The translations under genes were made by a program, and so were the position numbers. DNA of 62,039 nucleotides, the filler included. It is 8 parts of 8 records of this genome, joined end to end, with 100 filler letters (N's around TTAATTAATTAA, not from the genome) between each part and the next. Parts side by side here need not be neighbours in the genome. Positions count along the whole stretch, not along the records: positions 51,938 to 57,143 come from SRR15195285_333; positions 57,244 to 62,039 come from SRR15195285_334; 6 more parts are not named here. One strand, written 5' to 3'. Under the pieces are notes generated by a model that saw only the letters and a list, made by a program, of their open reading frames with translations, searched no databases and had not been told where the DNA came from. Below, piece after piece: positions 51,956-62,039 of this stretch. How positions within the stretch are numbered: the stretch's first letter is position 1; each line of letters starts with the position of its first letter.

Positions 51956-54900
51956 GTGCCTGCTCCACCTCTACGCCATGGGCTAGCCGGCCACCGACAT
52001 GTAGACGCCAGCAGTGGCCCCAAAATTGCTCAGAGTGCGAAACTGCAAGTCGGAGGCTCCAGAGAAGCCACTCTTAAGGTACCAGAAAATGCTGTGGCTG
52101 GGACGACCGTCAAGATTGAAGTACCCGGCAATGAATTTGAGATCGCAGTGCCTGCTGGCTCTAAGCCTGGCCAGCAGATCAAAGTCTCCGTCCCATCCTC
52201 TACAGTCGCGGGTGCCTATGAGGAGCTAGAGACTACCGTGACGGCAGATGCAGCTGCTGCGGGCACGATATCCTTCCAGGCACCGCCCGAGGTTTTCGAG
52301 ATCGTGGTTCCTGAAGGGCATACAGTCGGTGACGAGTTGACAGTTGCTGTACCGACTGGTCCACCCCCGCCAGTTGCTGAAGTGACAGTGACTGAGCAGG
52401 ACGTGGCTGCTGGCTACATCAGCGTGGTGGATGCAGCCGGGGAGGCTGTGAAGGTGCCCGTGCCAGCTGATGCGTCCGCTGGTGTCCGTGTCGAAGTCCC
52501 GAATGCTGCACCTGGAGCTTTTGTTGAGTCGACGATTGTGGTGATAACAGACGATGATATCAAAGCCGGGCATGTCAGTGTGCTGGATTCGAGCGGTAAG
52601 AAGGTCAAGCAAGCAGTGCCGGTCGGCATCTCTGTTGGCCAGCATGTCGTAGTCGCGAGTCGGTTGCCGTCCGATCCCGCGGCGCCTGCGGCGGCAGTTA
52701 CAGCAAAAAGGCCCTTACCCGTCTCGGCTCCAGCGAATGATCCAGTGCTGGAGTCTGCTACCTATATGTTGACGGTGCCCACCGGTCTGTCGGCTGGAGA
52801 CCAGATGGAGATTCACACCGCCGATGGTAAAGCCGTGGTTGTACATGTTCCGGTCGGAGTAGAGGCAGGAGGCGAGTTCCATGCCGAAGTATCTGCAGAG
52901 GTGCTTGCCGCCGCACCAGACGTCACGACGGCTGAGCCATCGAAAGGACCAAAGCGCCGAGTGAAGAAGCCTCGTCCGCAGAAGGGCACCAGTGACCACG
53001 CGCATGCAGTACTGAAGGGTAATAAGCTTGATGTTGACCATCCGGCATATGCCGATGCCCACAAGATGATTAAGATGGGCGTTCGAGGTGCTCAAGCCAT
53101 CAAAGCAGCGACGTTGAGCTTGGAGCATCAGGTGATGCTCAACGCACTCCCGGCAGATGAAACTGGACACGGCCTACATCATGCCGTGTGCGCGGCGATC
53201 GGGACGTCCAAGGAATACAGAGACCTCGCCATCTCCGTAGCTAGCAGCTCGCGACCTTCTACCGTTCAAACCCGGAGCAGAGGGACCACAGGCGGAAGCC
53301 CAGAAAGTGGCGACCACTTTCCTTTAGCCGCGGGAAGCGGACTCGATAGGCCGCATGTCATCAGCCCCACCCTCGGAGAAGCATATGCGCGGGACATCAA
53401 CGGCTTGTCTCCCGACAGCCAGCGCAACGTCGGCCAGGCAGTCGTTGGTGACCCTGCGACGGCAACGGGGGTGCACAGCTACCGCGGTGCCGACCAAGCG
53501 AGGGCTCCGAAGTCTTTCCGTCCAACACAACGACCGCAGACGGACGAGCAGGACTGGGACTGGTCTGTCCAAGGACAAAGCGCCAGGGGCAAGAAGCACA
53601 AGCCCCCGCCAGATCACGATGCTGACTGGGCCTTGCCGCGAATTATTGCACCGAAAGGCTCCGCGTTCGGACAGAGGCCTCTGGGCGGTGGCGCCCGCAG
53701 GCCTGCCCCACCTTCAGGGATCCCGGCACAACTTTCGAGCAAACAAGGGCCGGGGATGGCAGGCGCTCGTCTTAAAGGCGGTGATGCTGTGTTCGGAGTC
53801 CTGGCTGTAAAGCGCGCTGCGACCGCACCTAATTGGATGGCCGGTCGGCATGGTGCGCCGGCGACAGCGCACGCTTCGCCACGCACAGGCAACCCCCGCA
53901 TGGCTCCGCACGCATCCTGGGAAGCCATCGTTGGACCTGTCGCTGACTGGATAGACGAAGGCGAAAACGCTATTACGGACTTCATTGAAGAGCGCAGCAA
54001 AGATCCAGCTAGTACTGGGCGTCGCATTTCAACGTCGGAGCGCATACGACGTGGCCAAGTGCCCATCTCTAACCCGCGTGGAAGCTCTCGGGGTCGGACG
54101 CCGCGCGCTGCCGATCGCGGTATGCGTGGCGGCGCTGACTCAACTGCAGCGCGCTCCGCAACGACGCAGGCGGCACAGGTTGTGCGTCCGCGTACGACAC
54201 CCGCGGGTGTTGGACGGCGACATCAAGACGCAATGGGCATTGTCGCCGCTCCTCGTGGCTACATGTCCCATCGTCCTGTCACCAGCGGAACGGTTGCATC
54301 CATCGACCTACGCCTGCCGATGACAGAGCGCGGACCGATGGCACAGCACGCACGGCAGGTACGGCTCGGCTCGAGTGGCTCAGGCTGGAACCGCGATTTT
54401 GGCTCAACAGGCAGCTCTATGGGCAGTGGTATCCACTCACCGCGCGCTAGCGATGCATACCGCGCCCTCGGCACCAGTTGGGCGCCTGGTAGCGAGGGCG
54501 CACGACTGGACAGCGGTGGCGGGCTGATCGCGAGACCGCCGCGCCACAGTGACATGGACAAGCCCCCCCCCCGGGCTCTGGGGTCACGATGCCATTCCGG
54601 GCGATTCCATAGTCAGCGACAGAGCTGTTAGCAACGAGATTATTCACCCGAGCAGTGCTCGCTCATCCAAAGTCGCCGGCTCGGATGGTGCAGCCGACTG
54701 GGCTGAATTGGCTCGCGATTTTGATCAGGAATTCCCGACCGACCCTACAGGGTGGCATTTCGGCCACGCTTTCCAAGATCTTCAGGCCATACAGCACAAG
54801 CACATGCTCACTGCTCCTGCTGCCGGCCCTGGCTTCTTCTACAGTACGGCACGCACTGCGACTACTCCAGGCGCTGCAAACCCCTCCGCATTTCAAGAGG

Positions 54901-55361
54901 AGGTTCGACCGAGCACTGCGCCATACATGCCGCCTGGCGCGGAACGTCCTTCAACCGCTCCTGTCGCTGCAGCAACCACCACCGCGGCTGCTGCTATCGC
55001 ACGGCAGGAGAGCCCGGCAGCTGCGGGCAGCACTGGAGGGACATGGGCGCTGGACGATATCGACTCATCGCACCACTTCCATCACGTGGAGCCGACTGCA
55101 TCCAATGAATATGCCCCAGGTCCCAGAACGCCCTCTCCACCAGAGAGGCAACCGAGCCCGCCTGGTCCAGAGCGAGCGGTCGCAACGGCTCCACGGCCGG
55201 CTCGACCGCAGTCAGTAAGGTTGATGCACAAACCTTCGTCCGGACCGCTTCGTAGAGCAGCAGGCGGCGGACTCGCGAGCCCGACGATGAGCGTCGGCAT
55301 GATGGAGCAAAGACTTCGCGCCGGGGTAGCCCCTGCGCTCCAACGCCGCATTGTTGGTTAG
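51956..55361 (+). CDS. 5'-partial large protein with repeated VxVPxGxxxG beta-type modules and a disordered RPxTA-rich C-terminus; probable frameshift at the C10 run 54563-54572
   Basis: About seven V.VP.G...G repeats in ORF 51956..54631. The overlapping ORF 54549..55361 continues the same composition (RPSTAP x2), switching frame at the homopolymer. Confidence 0.55.
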
Positions 55362-55531
55362 TACTGGAGCCTCTCACGTCTGATCCAGAAGCTTTTCGAC
55401 GGCAAAGTGGGCGGAGACGGGCAGAAAGGTAGTACAGATGTACGTGTTTCTACATGCATTCGAATACACGTACATACTTGGTCACTCCGTATGTTGGAAG
55501 AAAATCATCGACGTCCTCTGCCAAGCACAGA

Positions 55532-56939
55532 CTACTCCAGGAAATCGAGACCAAACAGATGGACTCGAGACTGCTCAATTAAGATGGGGAGCCCTGCCCC
55601 AGTGCAACACCACAAATCCCAATGAACACTTGGCATTCAGAGGCAAGACAAATCCACCATCAACCCATCGCCAAAGGCGAGTTTTGAAGCAATATGTTGT
55701 AACGACAGCGAAACCAATCTCAACGTGGCGTGCACACCTACCTAAGAACAAGGGGCCAATACGTAGATAACTTGGCAACCACCCGCGCATGAGCCCAAGC
55801 ACCCCTGAACTCTCGTTCTGCACGACAGCAGAAAGTACCGCGCGAATGCCACTAACCTCACTGCCTGCCACACCAAAGCAAAAGCGTCTGTTTTGCTCGG
55901 CATCTTCGATGAATGTGTGAACCGTGATATGTGTTGCTACAGCATGCAGTGGCAAGCACAATCGCTACGATCGTGTACAATCATATTGCTACATCGCATT
56001 GACAATTTTGGGGAGCGCACTTGAGGCCGCCATGATTCGAGTGCGAACAATGTCAGCAGGTGCCGCCTAAGCCAGCCACAGCCACAGCTTGCGTTAGAGA
56101 GAGGCACCGATGTGTGGTCGACCGCCGATCGTCGGTGGGGAATCAGGAAAGGCTCTCACCACTGTAGTGCCCACTAGCCCAGCCACGAGCCCGGCGAAAG
56201 CATGCAATTGTAGCCCGTCAACCCAACCCAACGTCGTCTTCGCGAGATACTTTGTGTGCTCGTACACCGGCACTGTGCCAGCAGTGATGCAGCAGCTATG
56301 TAGGACATTGGCACTCGCTCCGCGCAACAGCCCTGCACGAAGTCCAGCCTCACTCCACACGAATACAAACGCCTGAGGCGTGTGCTGCAGACGGGACGGA
56401 AGACCAGCGCGCAGTCCAGTAGTGAGGAATCCACTGGCATTGACTAGGCCAGCCTCTGCTTGTATCCTGATCCGCACGAGATCACATGGCCCAGCGAGCA
56501 GGCCCGACACCGCCCCAAGCACAAGACCTGCAGCCAGCTTGCAGCCAAGCCCAGCGTCACTGCGAGGCTGTGCGCGTCCGGCTGCCCGAGCAAGGTCACC
56601 GCTCCCCACTGCAGCTGAGAACACGCCGAGCTGCGCGATGGCATCTCGCACGGCTGGATAAGACCCCACCCGCGTACCTACCACCAGCATCTCGCGCATG
56701 ACTGCCGCGCCCATGCCCGTCCCCCACAGACGCAACACTCCCTCCTCCTTGACAATACGACTCGCTGTTCCTTTGAACCCACCCGAGTAGGCGCGAGCCG
56801 TGCTGCCACCGCCCACTGCTGCTGGCGTCTGCATGCGTGTTTTGACGACATCCGTCCAATTTAGCACCAGTGGGAATACCACCGCCGCCACCATCGAGGC
56901 CGCAACCTCGGCGCCGGCTGTAGGGGGCCCAGAAGGCAT
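55532..56939 (-). CDS. Mitochondrial carrier (SLC25; UCP/dicarboxylate-like), four predicted exons
   Basis: Carrier signatures WTDVVKTRMQ, PCDLVRIRIQ and PADIVRTRIM (near 55990-56027), then GLMRGWLPSYLRIGP and a final exon LPILIEQSR..GLDFLE*. Confidence 0.85.
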
Positions 56940-57143
56940 GTGTACTATAGTAGTGTAACGAGTTAATGTATCGATGTATGATAATTATGGCGACCTGCCG
57001 CTATCCACGCCCGACTACCCTATCCACGCCGGTGTCTTAAACAGTGCCCAGGTAGTGAATTTCCCGTATTGCGACATTTGTGTAATGCTTTTTTGGGGAT
57101 CAAATACGTTGCATTAAAAGGCTACTGTGGCTACCAACTGCTG

Positions 57144-57243
57144 NNNNNNNNNNNNNNNNNNNNNNNNNNNNNNNNNNNNNNNNNNNNTTAATTAATTAAN
57201 NNNNNNNNNNNNNNNNNNNNNNNNNNNNNNNNNNNNNNNNNNN
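57144..57243. other. Artificial contig linker
   Basis: N run with TTAATTAATTAA. Confidence 0.98.
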
Positions 57244-57314
57244 GCAGGGGGTGCCTTGCAGCCGATCACCTGCACGATTCTCTTACTTGACCTTGGATTG
57301 GCGCGTTTTCATTC

Positions 57315-59423
57315 TTGCTGCCACGTGCGTTGTTCTGCTGCGTAATCACTCAGGAAATTGACGATGATCTTGAGTTACTGGGAACGGTGCTGAGGATCAT
57401 CCAGCTTCTCTCATCGAAGGTGCACTCTTTCAACCAAAAGCTTGTTGATCCATCCATCGGAAGCCTCGCCATGCTGCTGAATCACGCGTCTAGGTTGACC
57501 GCGATTCTCACAGCCAAGTCGCAGGGCACACTCACACATCGTGAGCTGCTGGCACTCTCACCAAGTGGAAGAGCCAGTCCAGCTAGCGGTAGTGGGCCGA
57601 AGGCTGACAACCAGCCATCGGCGGCCCTTGCTTCTGTTGTTTCGGTACTGCTCACTGTGGTACGCTCGAAGCGTGCTCTTGTCCGGATTTTCAAGCTGCA
57701 ACACTGTCCGACTATCATGGAGCTCTGCGGATCCTCACACAAAAAAGTACGTCGTGGCGGAGGCACCTTGCTGCAACGACTCTCTACCCTCAAGAATTCC
57801 AAGATTTGGCTACATGCTTCTGGGGTGACGCCACTCCTGCTCAAGCTACTTGCGGAGAAGCCGGACGAGGTTGTAATCCACACTGCGGCAACCACACTGT
57901 GCGGCTCCTCCTTTCCTTGGTTTCATTTTCACTCAGCTTCGCATCGTGCTTAAGGCATCACGCCAAGAGATGTGTATCGTCCATGCCTCAGTGTTTTTCT
58001 CGGCCAATGCTGCGGATCTCTGACGGGTGTGCTGCGCTGCTTCATTGTTTTCTCGACATCGACATTGCTATTGCCGCAGTGCTGAGCTTGCTGAGGAGCC
58101 GTCTGCGCGGATAGACATGGTGCAGGAGCCGGGCCTGCTGAAGATTTTAGATAACCTGGTGTTTGAGTTGGGTGTGCCCGCGGTCCGATTTGAAGTGGCA
58201 CGCACCCTTGCAGATCTAGCGGAGACGATTGACAATCGTCTGGTAATCGCACTGCGTTGTGGTAAGGCGCTGGTGTCGTTGCTACGCTCAAGCGATGATG
58301 ACGACCCGCGCACCATCGGCCATGCAGTGCGATGCTATGCAAACCTCTCAGCGTTCGCAGGCCATACCTCAGACTCCCGGCCTCCGGCCACAACAAGATA
58401 TGGGGCGACCAAGCACACCGAGTATGGGCTTGATGCAGAGGATGCCGCGGATGCTGGCAGGCGTTTTCAGGGCAATGATAGCGAAGAGAGCGATTTTGGA
58501 GACTCTGACGAGGCAGAAGGTGCTGGACCTAAGGGAGGGGATACTGATGGCAGAACAGACGCACCCCTCAGAGATGAAAACGAAGGAACGGCGGTCGAAC
58601 TTGACGCTGAGGCGCCACAATCGTCAGAGGATGAGGATGAGGATGAGGATGAGGGAATGGAAAACGTGGATTTTTACTGGAATACTAGCCCAGGCGTGGC
58701 TATGGCGCGCAATTTTAACTTGCACTGCTTGCCGCAAATCCTCGAGCAGATCGTGTCATGCGGCGCGTTGGGCCTGATACTTTCAGCTACAGAGCGGCAG
58801 CAGGCACTCCACGCCAAAAAGAAGGGTGACAAAGACGACAATGACTCTGCGGAAGACCCAGATGTTCGAAAGTACGTGATTCATATCGTGCGACAACTTA
58901 CACTGGATCTGCAGAATCTGACCGCTCACGGGACTGACTGGACCGAAGATAGTAAGCACCATGCAGAGACCCATCTGAACACCTGTCCGGAGTGCGTAGG
59001 GCTGAGATCTATATTCACACTGCCGTAAGTGACATCTTTGCGTCGCCAATTTGCTGATGGTCGGCAGACGCATTGAAACGCCCCCTTTGTCCGTTGCGCT
59101 TTTATGACATTTGCAGATCTGACATCAAGCTCAGCGACACGTCTGAAGCGAGTCCAGACACGAAGGGAAGCAAAGAGTTTTTCGACCTCGATGCGGTCCG
59201 GCAGCAGATCCTGACTGAAGGCCTAGAGATGACCCGGCTGTCTCTCAATGCACAAGAGGGCTCAGCCGAGACGATTGCCAGCATGATTCGGCAGGCGAGA
59301 CTGCAAATCAACTGTCCGAAATGCGAAGCTGGAACGCGCCTGACGATCATGAACTGCGCAGACTGTGTCATCCTCCGGCGGAAAGCACAGCAAGACGCGC
59401 GGACAGGTCTGCTCAGAAAATAA
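57315..59423 (+). CDS. Partial multi-exon armadillo/HEAT-like repeat protein with an acidic insertion
   Basis: Successive + strand ORFs with ARM-like helices (GVTPLLLKLL, VARTLADLAE..NR, LVSLLRS..AVRCYANLS, IVSCGALGLIL). Boundaries uncertain. Confidence 0.55.
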
Positions 59424-59831
59424 TGCTGCTATGCTCATCGGCTCTTGAGACAAAGTGGGAGCTGGTGGCGCTCATACTATGAATAGGCTCGAGTGCAGTC
59501 AAGGGTGCAGTAGCGAGAGGACGGGGAAGCCATGATCTGTGCAGGTGTCAGAGGACTGGTCTGGACATGTGTTGTCGCTGGGTTGCCCAGTGCAGTGCGG
59601 ATTGTCGACTGCACTGGCCACGAATGTCAGCGTGTGGATTGTGTCTGTCCGCAACGTCAACACACATTGACCGTAAACCGTGAATACCGGTAGCGTAGCT
59701 TAGATTTCAAGGTAGAGGCAGCATCAACTAAGCCACTGTGACAGAACCCACTTCATGCATTACATTGTCCTGGATCTGTCTCCACAGGTACCTTCAGGTA
59801 CTGCTGTACCAGCAGAGCTCTACTGTAGCTA

Positions 59832-62039
59832 TTAGCGGCCAAATCGTTCGTCTGGGTCGTCTAGAGTTGCCGAGTGAGATGGTGGCTGCTGCTGACCAGC
59901 TATGCCTCCGGTTGCTGCACCCCCCAGCCCATCGCTGATCGCAACGAGATCACCAGCATCGTCGTCCTCGAGCAGCTCAAGAGAAAGATCAGAGCGGGCG
60001 ACAATGCAGGTCTGAAGGCGGTGAATCGAAAACCACACGAGGACATGGAGGCAGAGCAGGTAGCCGACAACCACCAGTCGAGCTGTGCGGTTATGCAGCA
60101 GTAGGCTTGCCCCGAAGCGCCCAAAGTTGTCGCTGCGAAGCGCACATGCCATAAGTATTTCGAACTCACAGGACGGCTTCGATGTAGTCCGACTCGGGTC
60201 ATGAGCAATGCTAGGAGGAAGAAAGGTGAGGACGCACGCTAGGTCGACTACTTTCCTCCGCAGCTCCTGCGATGGTGCGCTGCTGCCACCAGTCGTGGTG
60301 CCGTACATGCTGCTCGCCTGCCTCCAATTCCCTCCTCGACTCAACCCAGCGGTGCTGCCACTGCTATAGCCGTCGTAATCATGTGACGCATTCCTACCAC
60401 CACCACTTGCACGTGCAGTCAGGCCGGACCGATAATCGTAGTCACCAGCGCCGCCTCCGCCACCAGCAGCTCCGGCAGGCGGGCCACTACTGCCACCCGT
60501 ACCAGTATAGCTCTGCACAAATCGCAGCTTGGCGGTTAGATCGAGTCGTTCCCTATCGAGCAGTTCTGCCCGTGCTCTGCTGCTTTCGCAGTCCTGCTCC
60601 GCAGCGTGCACGCGTTCTTCAAGACTTAGCACCTGCTTTTTGAGCCTATCACGCTGCGCAGTCACAACCCCCAGCAATCCACCGCCACCCTCGCTGCCAG
60701 ACGGAATAGTATTCGTCGGCATGATCTCACCCAGCACTTCCGTACCACTGCCACCGCCACCATCGTTTGCAGGACTGCCAGCGTCCGAGGCGCCGGCTGC
60801 CTGCGAGAGATCCTCCTCCAGCCTGGCGATCAGCGCCGTTTTCTCCTGCTGCCACTCTCGCAGCTCCGCCACCTCCCGTGTCGCCGCGGCCGCCTCGGCG
60901 CCCTTCGCCGACGCCGACGCGTTTAGCACTGATATACGCTGCTCTAGCTGCCGCACCTTGCGCGTCAGTAGTCCCTCTACTGAGGCCTCGGCCATCTCAA
61001 GGCCGTCCTTGTCGCGCACATCCTGTTCGCCCTCGTCGTCGTCATCGCCCCCGCCCCCCGCGATTGCTCGGCGCATCACTCGGAGCTGCTCCTGCAGCTT
61101 CTGGTGGTCCGCAACAGAGGGTCGCGCACTGAGCTGCTGCTGCCGGTCGGCCAGCTCACTCGCCGCACTGTCCAGCTCCGCCTGCTGGGACGCCACTGTC
61201 TCGCGTAAGCTTGCCGACTCTTGCTCGCGCTCGGCGGTGACGCGTCGCAGCTCTTGTGCAAGCCGAACCACTTCTGCCTCCGTTGCAGCCAGTTTGCTCT
61301 CCAGGGTCTCTGCGCTGCTGCCGCCGTCACCGGTCGGTCGCGCCACCAGCTCCGACTGCTCCTTAAGCCGGGCCGCGGCTGCTTCGAGCTCCGCGATGCG
61401 CTGCTTTGCGCGTAGCAGCTCGTCGTCCACAAGCTCGGTCTCCGCATCCTTGGCGCGGTGGAGCTCCCCCGCGCTGCTCTCCACTTCGAGAAGACGCGCC
61501 TGGCTCGCGTCATGCGCCTGGCGCGCCTGTGCTGCCGTCTCGGCGCTGACGTCCAGCTGGCGCTTGAGGTCCTGCTGGGCGAGAGTTGCGGCCTCGAGCT
61601 GCTGACGCAGCGCCTCGCTCTCCTGCTGCGCTCGCAAGGCATCCTGCGCTGCGACAGTATCCTTGGTGTCCTCGTCGTACCTCTGCTGCAGGTCCTTGAG
61701 CTTTTCCTGCAGCTCCGCAATCGTGGTGCTCTGGTTCTTGACCTCGGAAGTCTCCTGCTTGATCTCCTTCACGTCGAGCCGATAGCGCAGCAGATCGTCC
61801 TGCAGCGAGTCGTTCTCTTCGCGCAGCTTGTCCAGCTCCGGAGACATCTCCGCCGCCGTTTCCAGGTGCGGGACCGGGTCGGGCGCCTCGTGGACCTTGG
61901 CGTAGAGCGCCGTGAAGGCTCGCTCGCTGTACTTGGCGCGCTTCGTCAGGCTGTCCACCTCCTGCTGGTAGGCCTTCAGGATCTTTTTCTGCCCCGCCAG
62001 CCGCTCCCCCTCGGCCGCCTTCATGAAGGCCTTCGTCGC
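59832..62039 (-). CDS. CASP: Golgin CASP (CUX1 N-terminus/Coy1 family), 5'-partial; probable in-frame intron 60133-60237
   Basis: LKAYQQEVDSLTKRAKYSERAF..EAPDP, a long coiled coil, VTAQRDRLK, and a C-terminal TM RLVVVGYLLCLHVLVW with the conserved Tyr/His. Confidence 0.88.
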   Translation of the reverse strand, partial: ATKAFMKAAEGERLAGQKKILKAYQQEVDSLTKRAKYSERAFTALYAKVHEAPDPVPHLETAAEMSPELDKLREENDSLQDDLLRYRLDVKEIKQETSEVKNQSTTIAELQEKLKDLQQRYDEDTKDTVAAQDALRAQQESEALRQQLEAATLAQQDLKRQLDVSAETAAQARQAHDASQARLLEVESSAGELHRAKDAETELVDDELLRAKQRIAELEAAAARLKEQSELVARPTGDGGSSAETLESKLAATEAEVVRLAQELRRVTAEREQESASLRETVASQQAELDSAASELADRQQQLSARPSVADHQKLQEQLRVMRRAIAGGGGDDDDEGEQDVRDKDGLEMAEASVEGLLTRKVRQLEQRISVLNASASAKGAEAAAATREVAELREWQQEKTALIARLEEDLSQAAGASDAGSPANDGGGGSGTEVLGEIMPTNTIPSGSEGGGGLLGVVTAQRDRLKKQVLSLEERVHAAEQDCESSRARAELLDRERLDLTAKLRFVQSYTGTGGSSGPPAGAAGGGGGAGDYDYRSGLTARASGGGRNASHDYDGYSSGSTAGLSRGGNWRQASSMYGTTTGGSSAPSQELRRKVVDLACVLTFLPPSIAHDPSRTTSKPSCEFEILMACALRSDNFGRFGASLLLHNRTARLVVVGYLLCLHVLVWFSIHRLQTCIVARSDLSLELLEDDDAGDLVAISDGLGGAATGGIAGQQQPPSHSATLDDPDERFGR

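Noticed and set aside
54563-54572. Possible programmed frameshift at a C10 run
   Set aside because: A homopolymer length error is the simpler explanation; it needs reads to settle.
60529-61605. Long antisense ORFs over CASP, GANAB and the NRPS (for example 358 aa and 304 aa)
   Set aside because: Shadow ORFs from GC-rich codon usage, with no protein motifs.
1-62039. tRNA, rRNA, CRISPR arrays and transposase genes
   Set aside because: None recognised by eye; tRNAscan-SE, Infernal and repeat searches would be needed to exclude them.

Overview
This window is not one locus. It is eight contigs joined by artificial 100-nt N..TTAATTAATTAA..N linkers (contigs 1-21133, 21234-30372, 30473-34169, 34270-38376, 38477-43492, 43593-51837, 51938-57143, 57244-62039). 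The DNA comes from a gene-dense eukaryote, probably a protist; the lineage cannot be determined from the sequence. Evidence is the many short GT-AG introns (about 78-149 nt) and eukaryotic housekeeping genes: glucosidase II alpha, PGS1, golgin CASP, an SLC25 carrier, a Cramped/TKI1-like SANT protein and a PLMT-type methyltransferase. The highlight is contig 1, which holds a ~14-kb bacterial-style NRPS with architecture A(Gly)-T-Cy-A(Cys)-T-Cy-T-Cy-T-Cy-A(Cys-like, with embedded Ox)-T-T-TE. It has four heterocyclization modules, two of which lack an A domain. A 114-nt in-frame spliceosomal intron inside Cy2 indicates it is a eukaryotic nuclear gene. The inferred product is a glycine-started poly-thiazoline/thiazole. 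Neighbours are an acyltransferase-3 gene, a 16-Cys secreted protein with a tandem pseudogene, and an MFS transporter. Other notable genes become visible only after splicing: a secreted cyanophycinase-like peptidase, a 7TM ion channel-like (GR/DUF3537-like) protein, a TrmA-like + P-loop + J-domain fusion, and a PAN-domain esterase. All calls come from reading motifs by eye; no database search was run, and domain boundaries are approximate.
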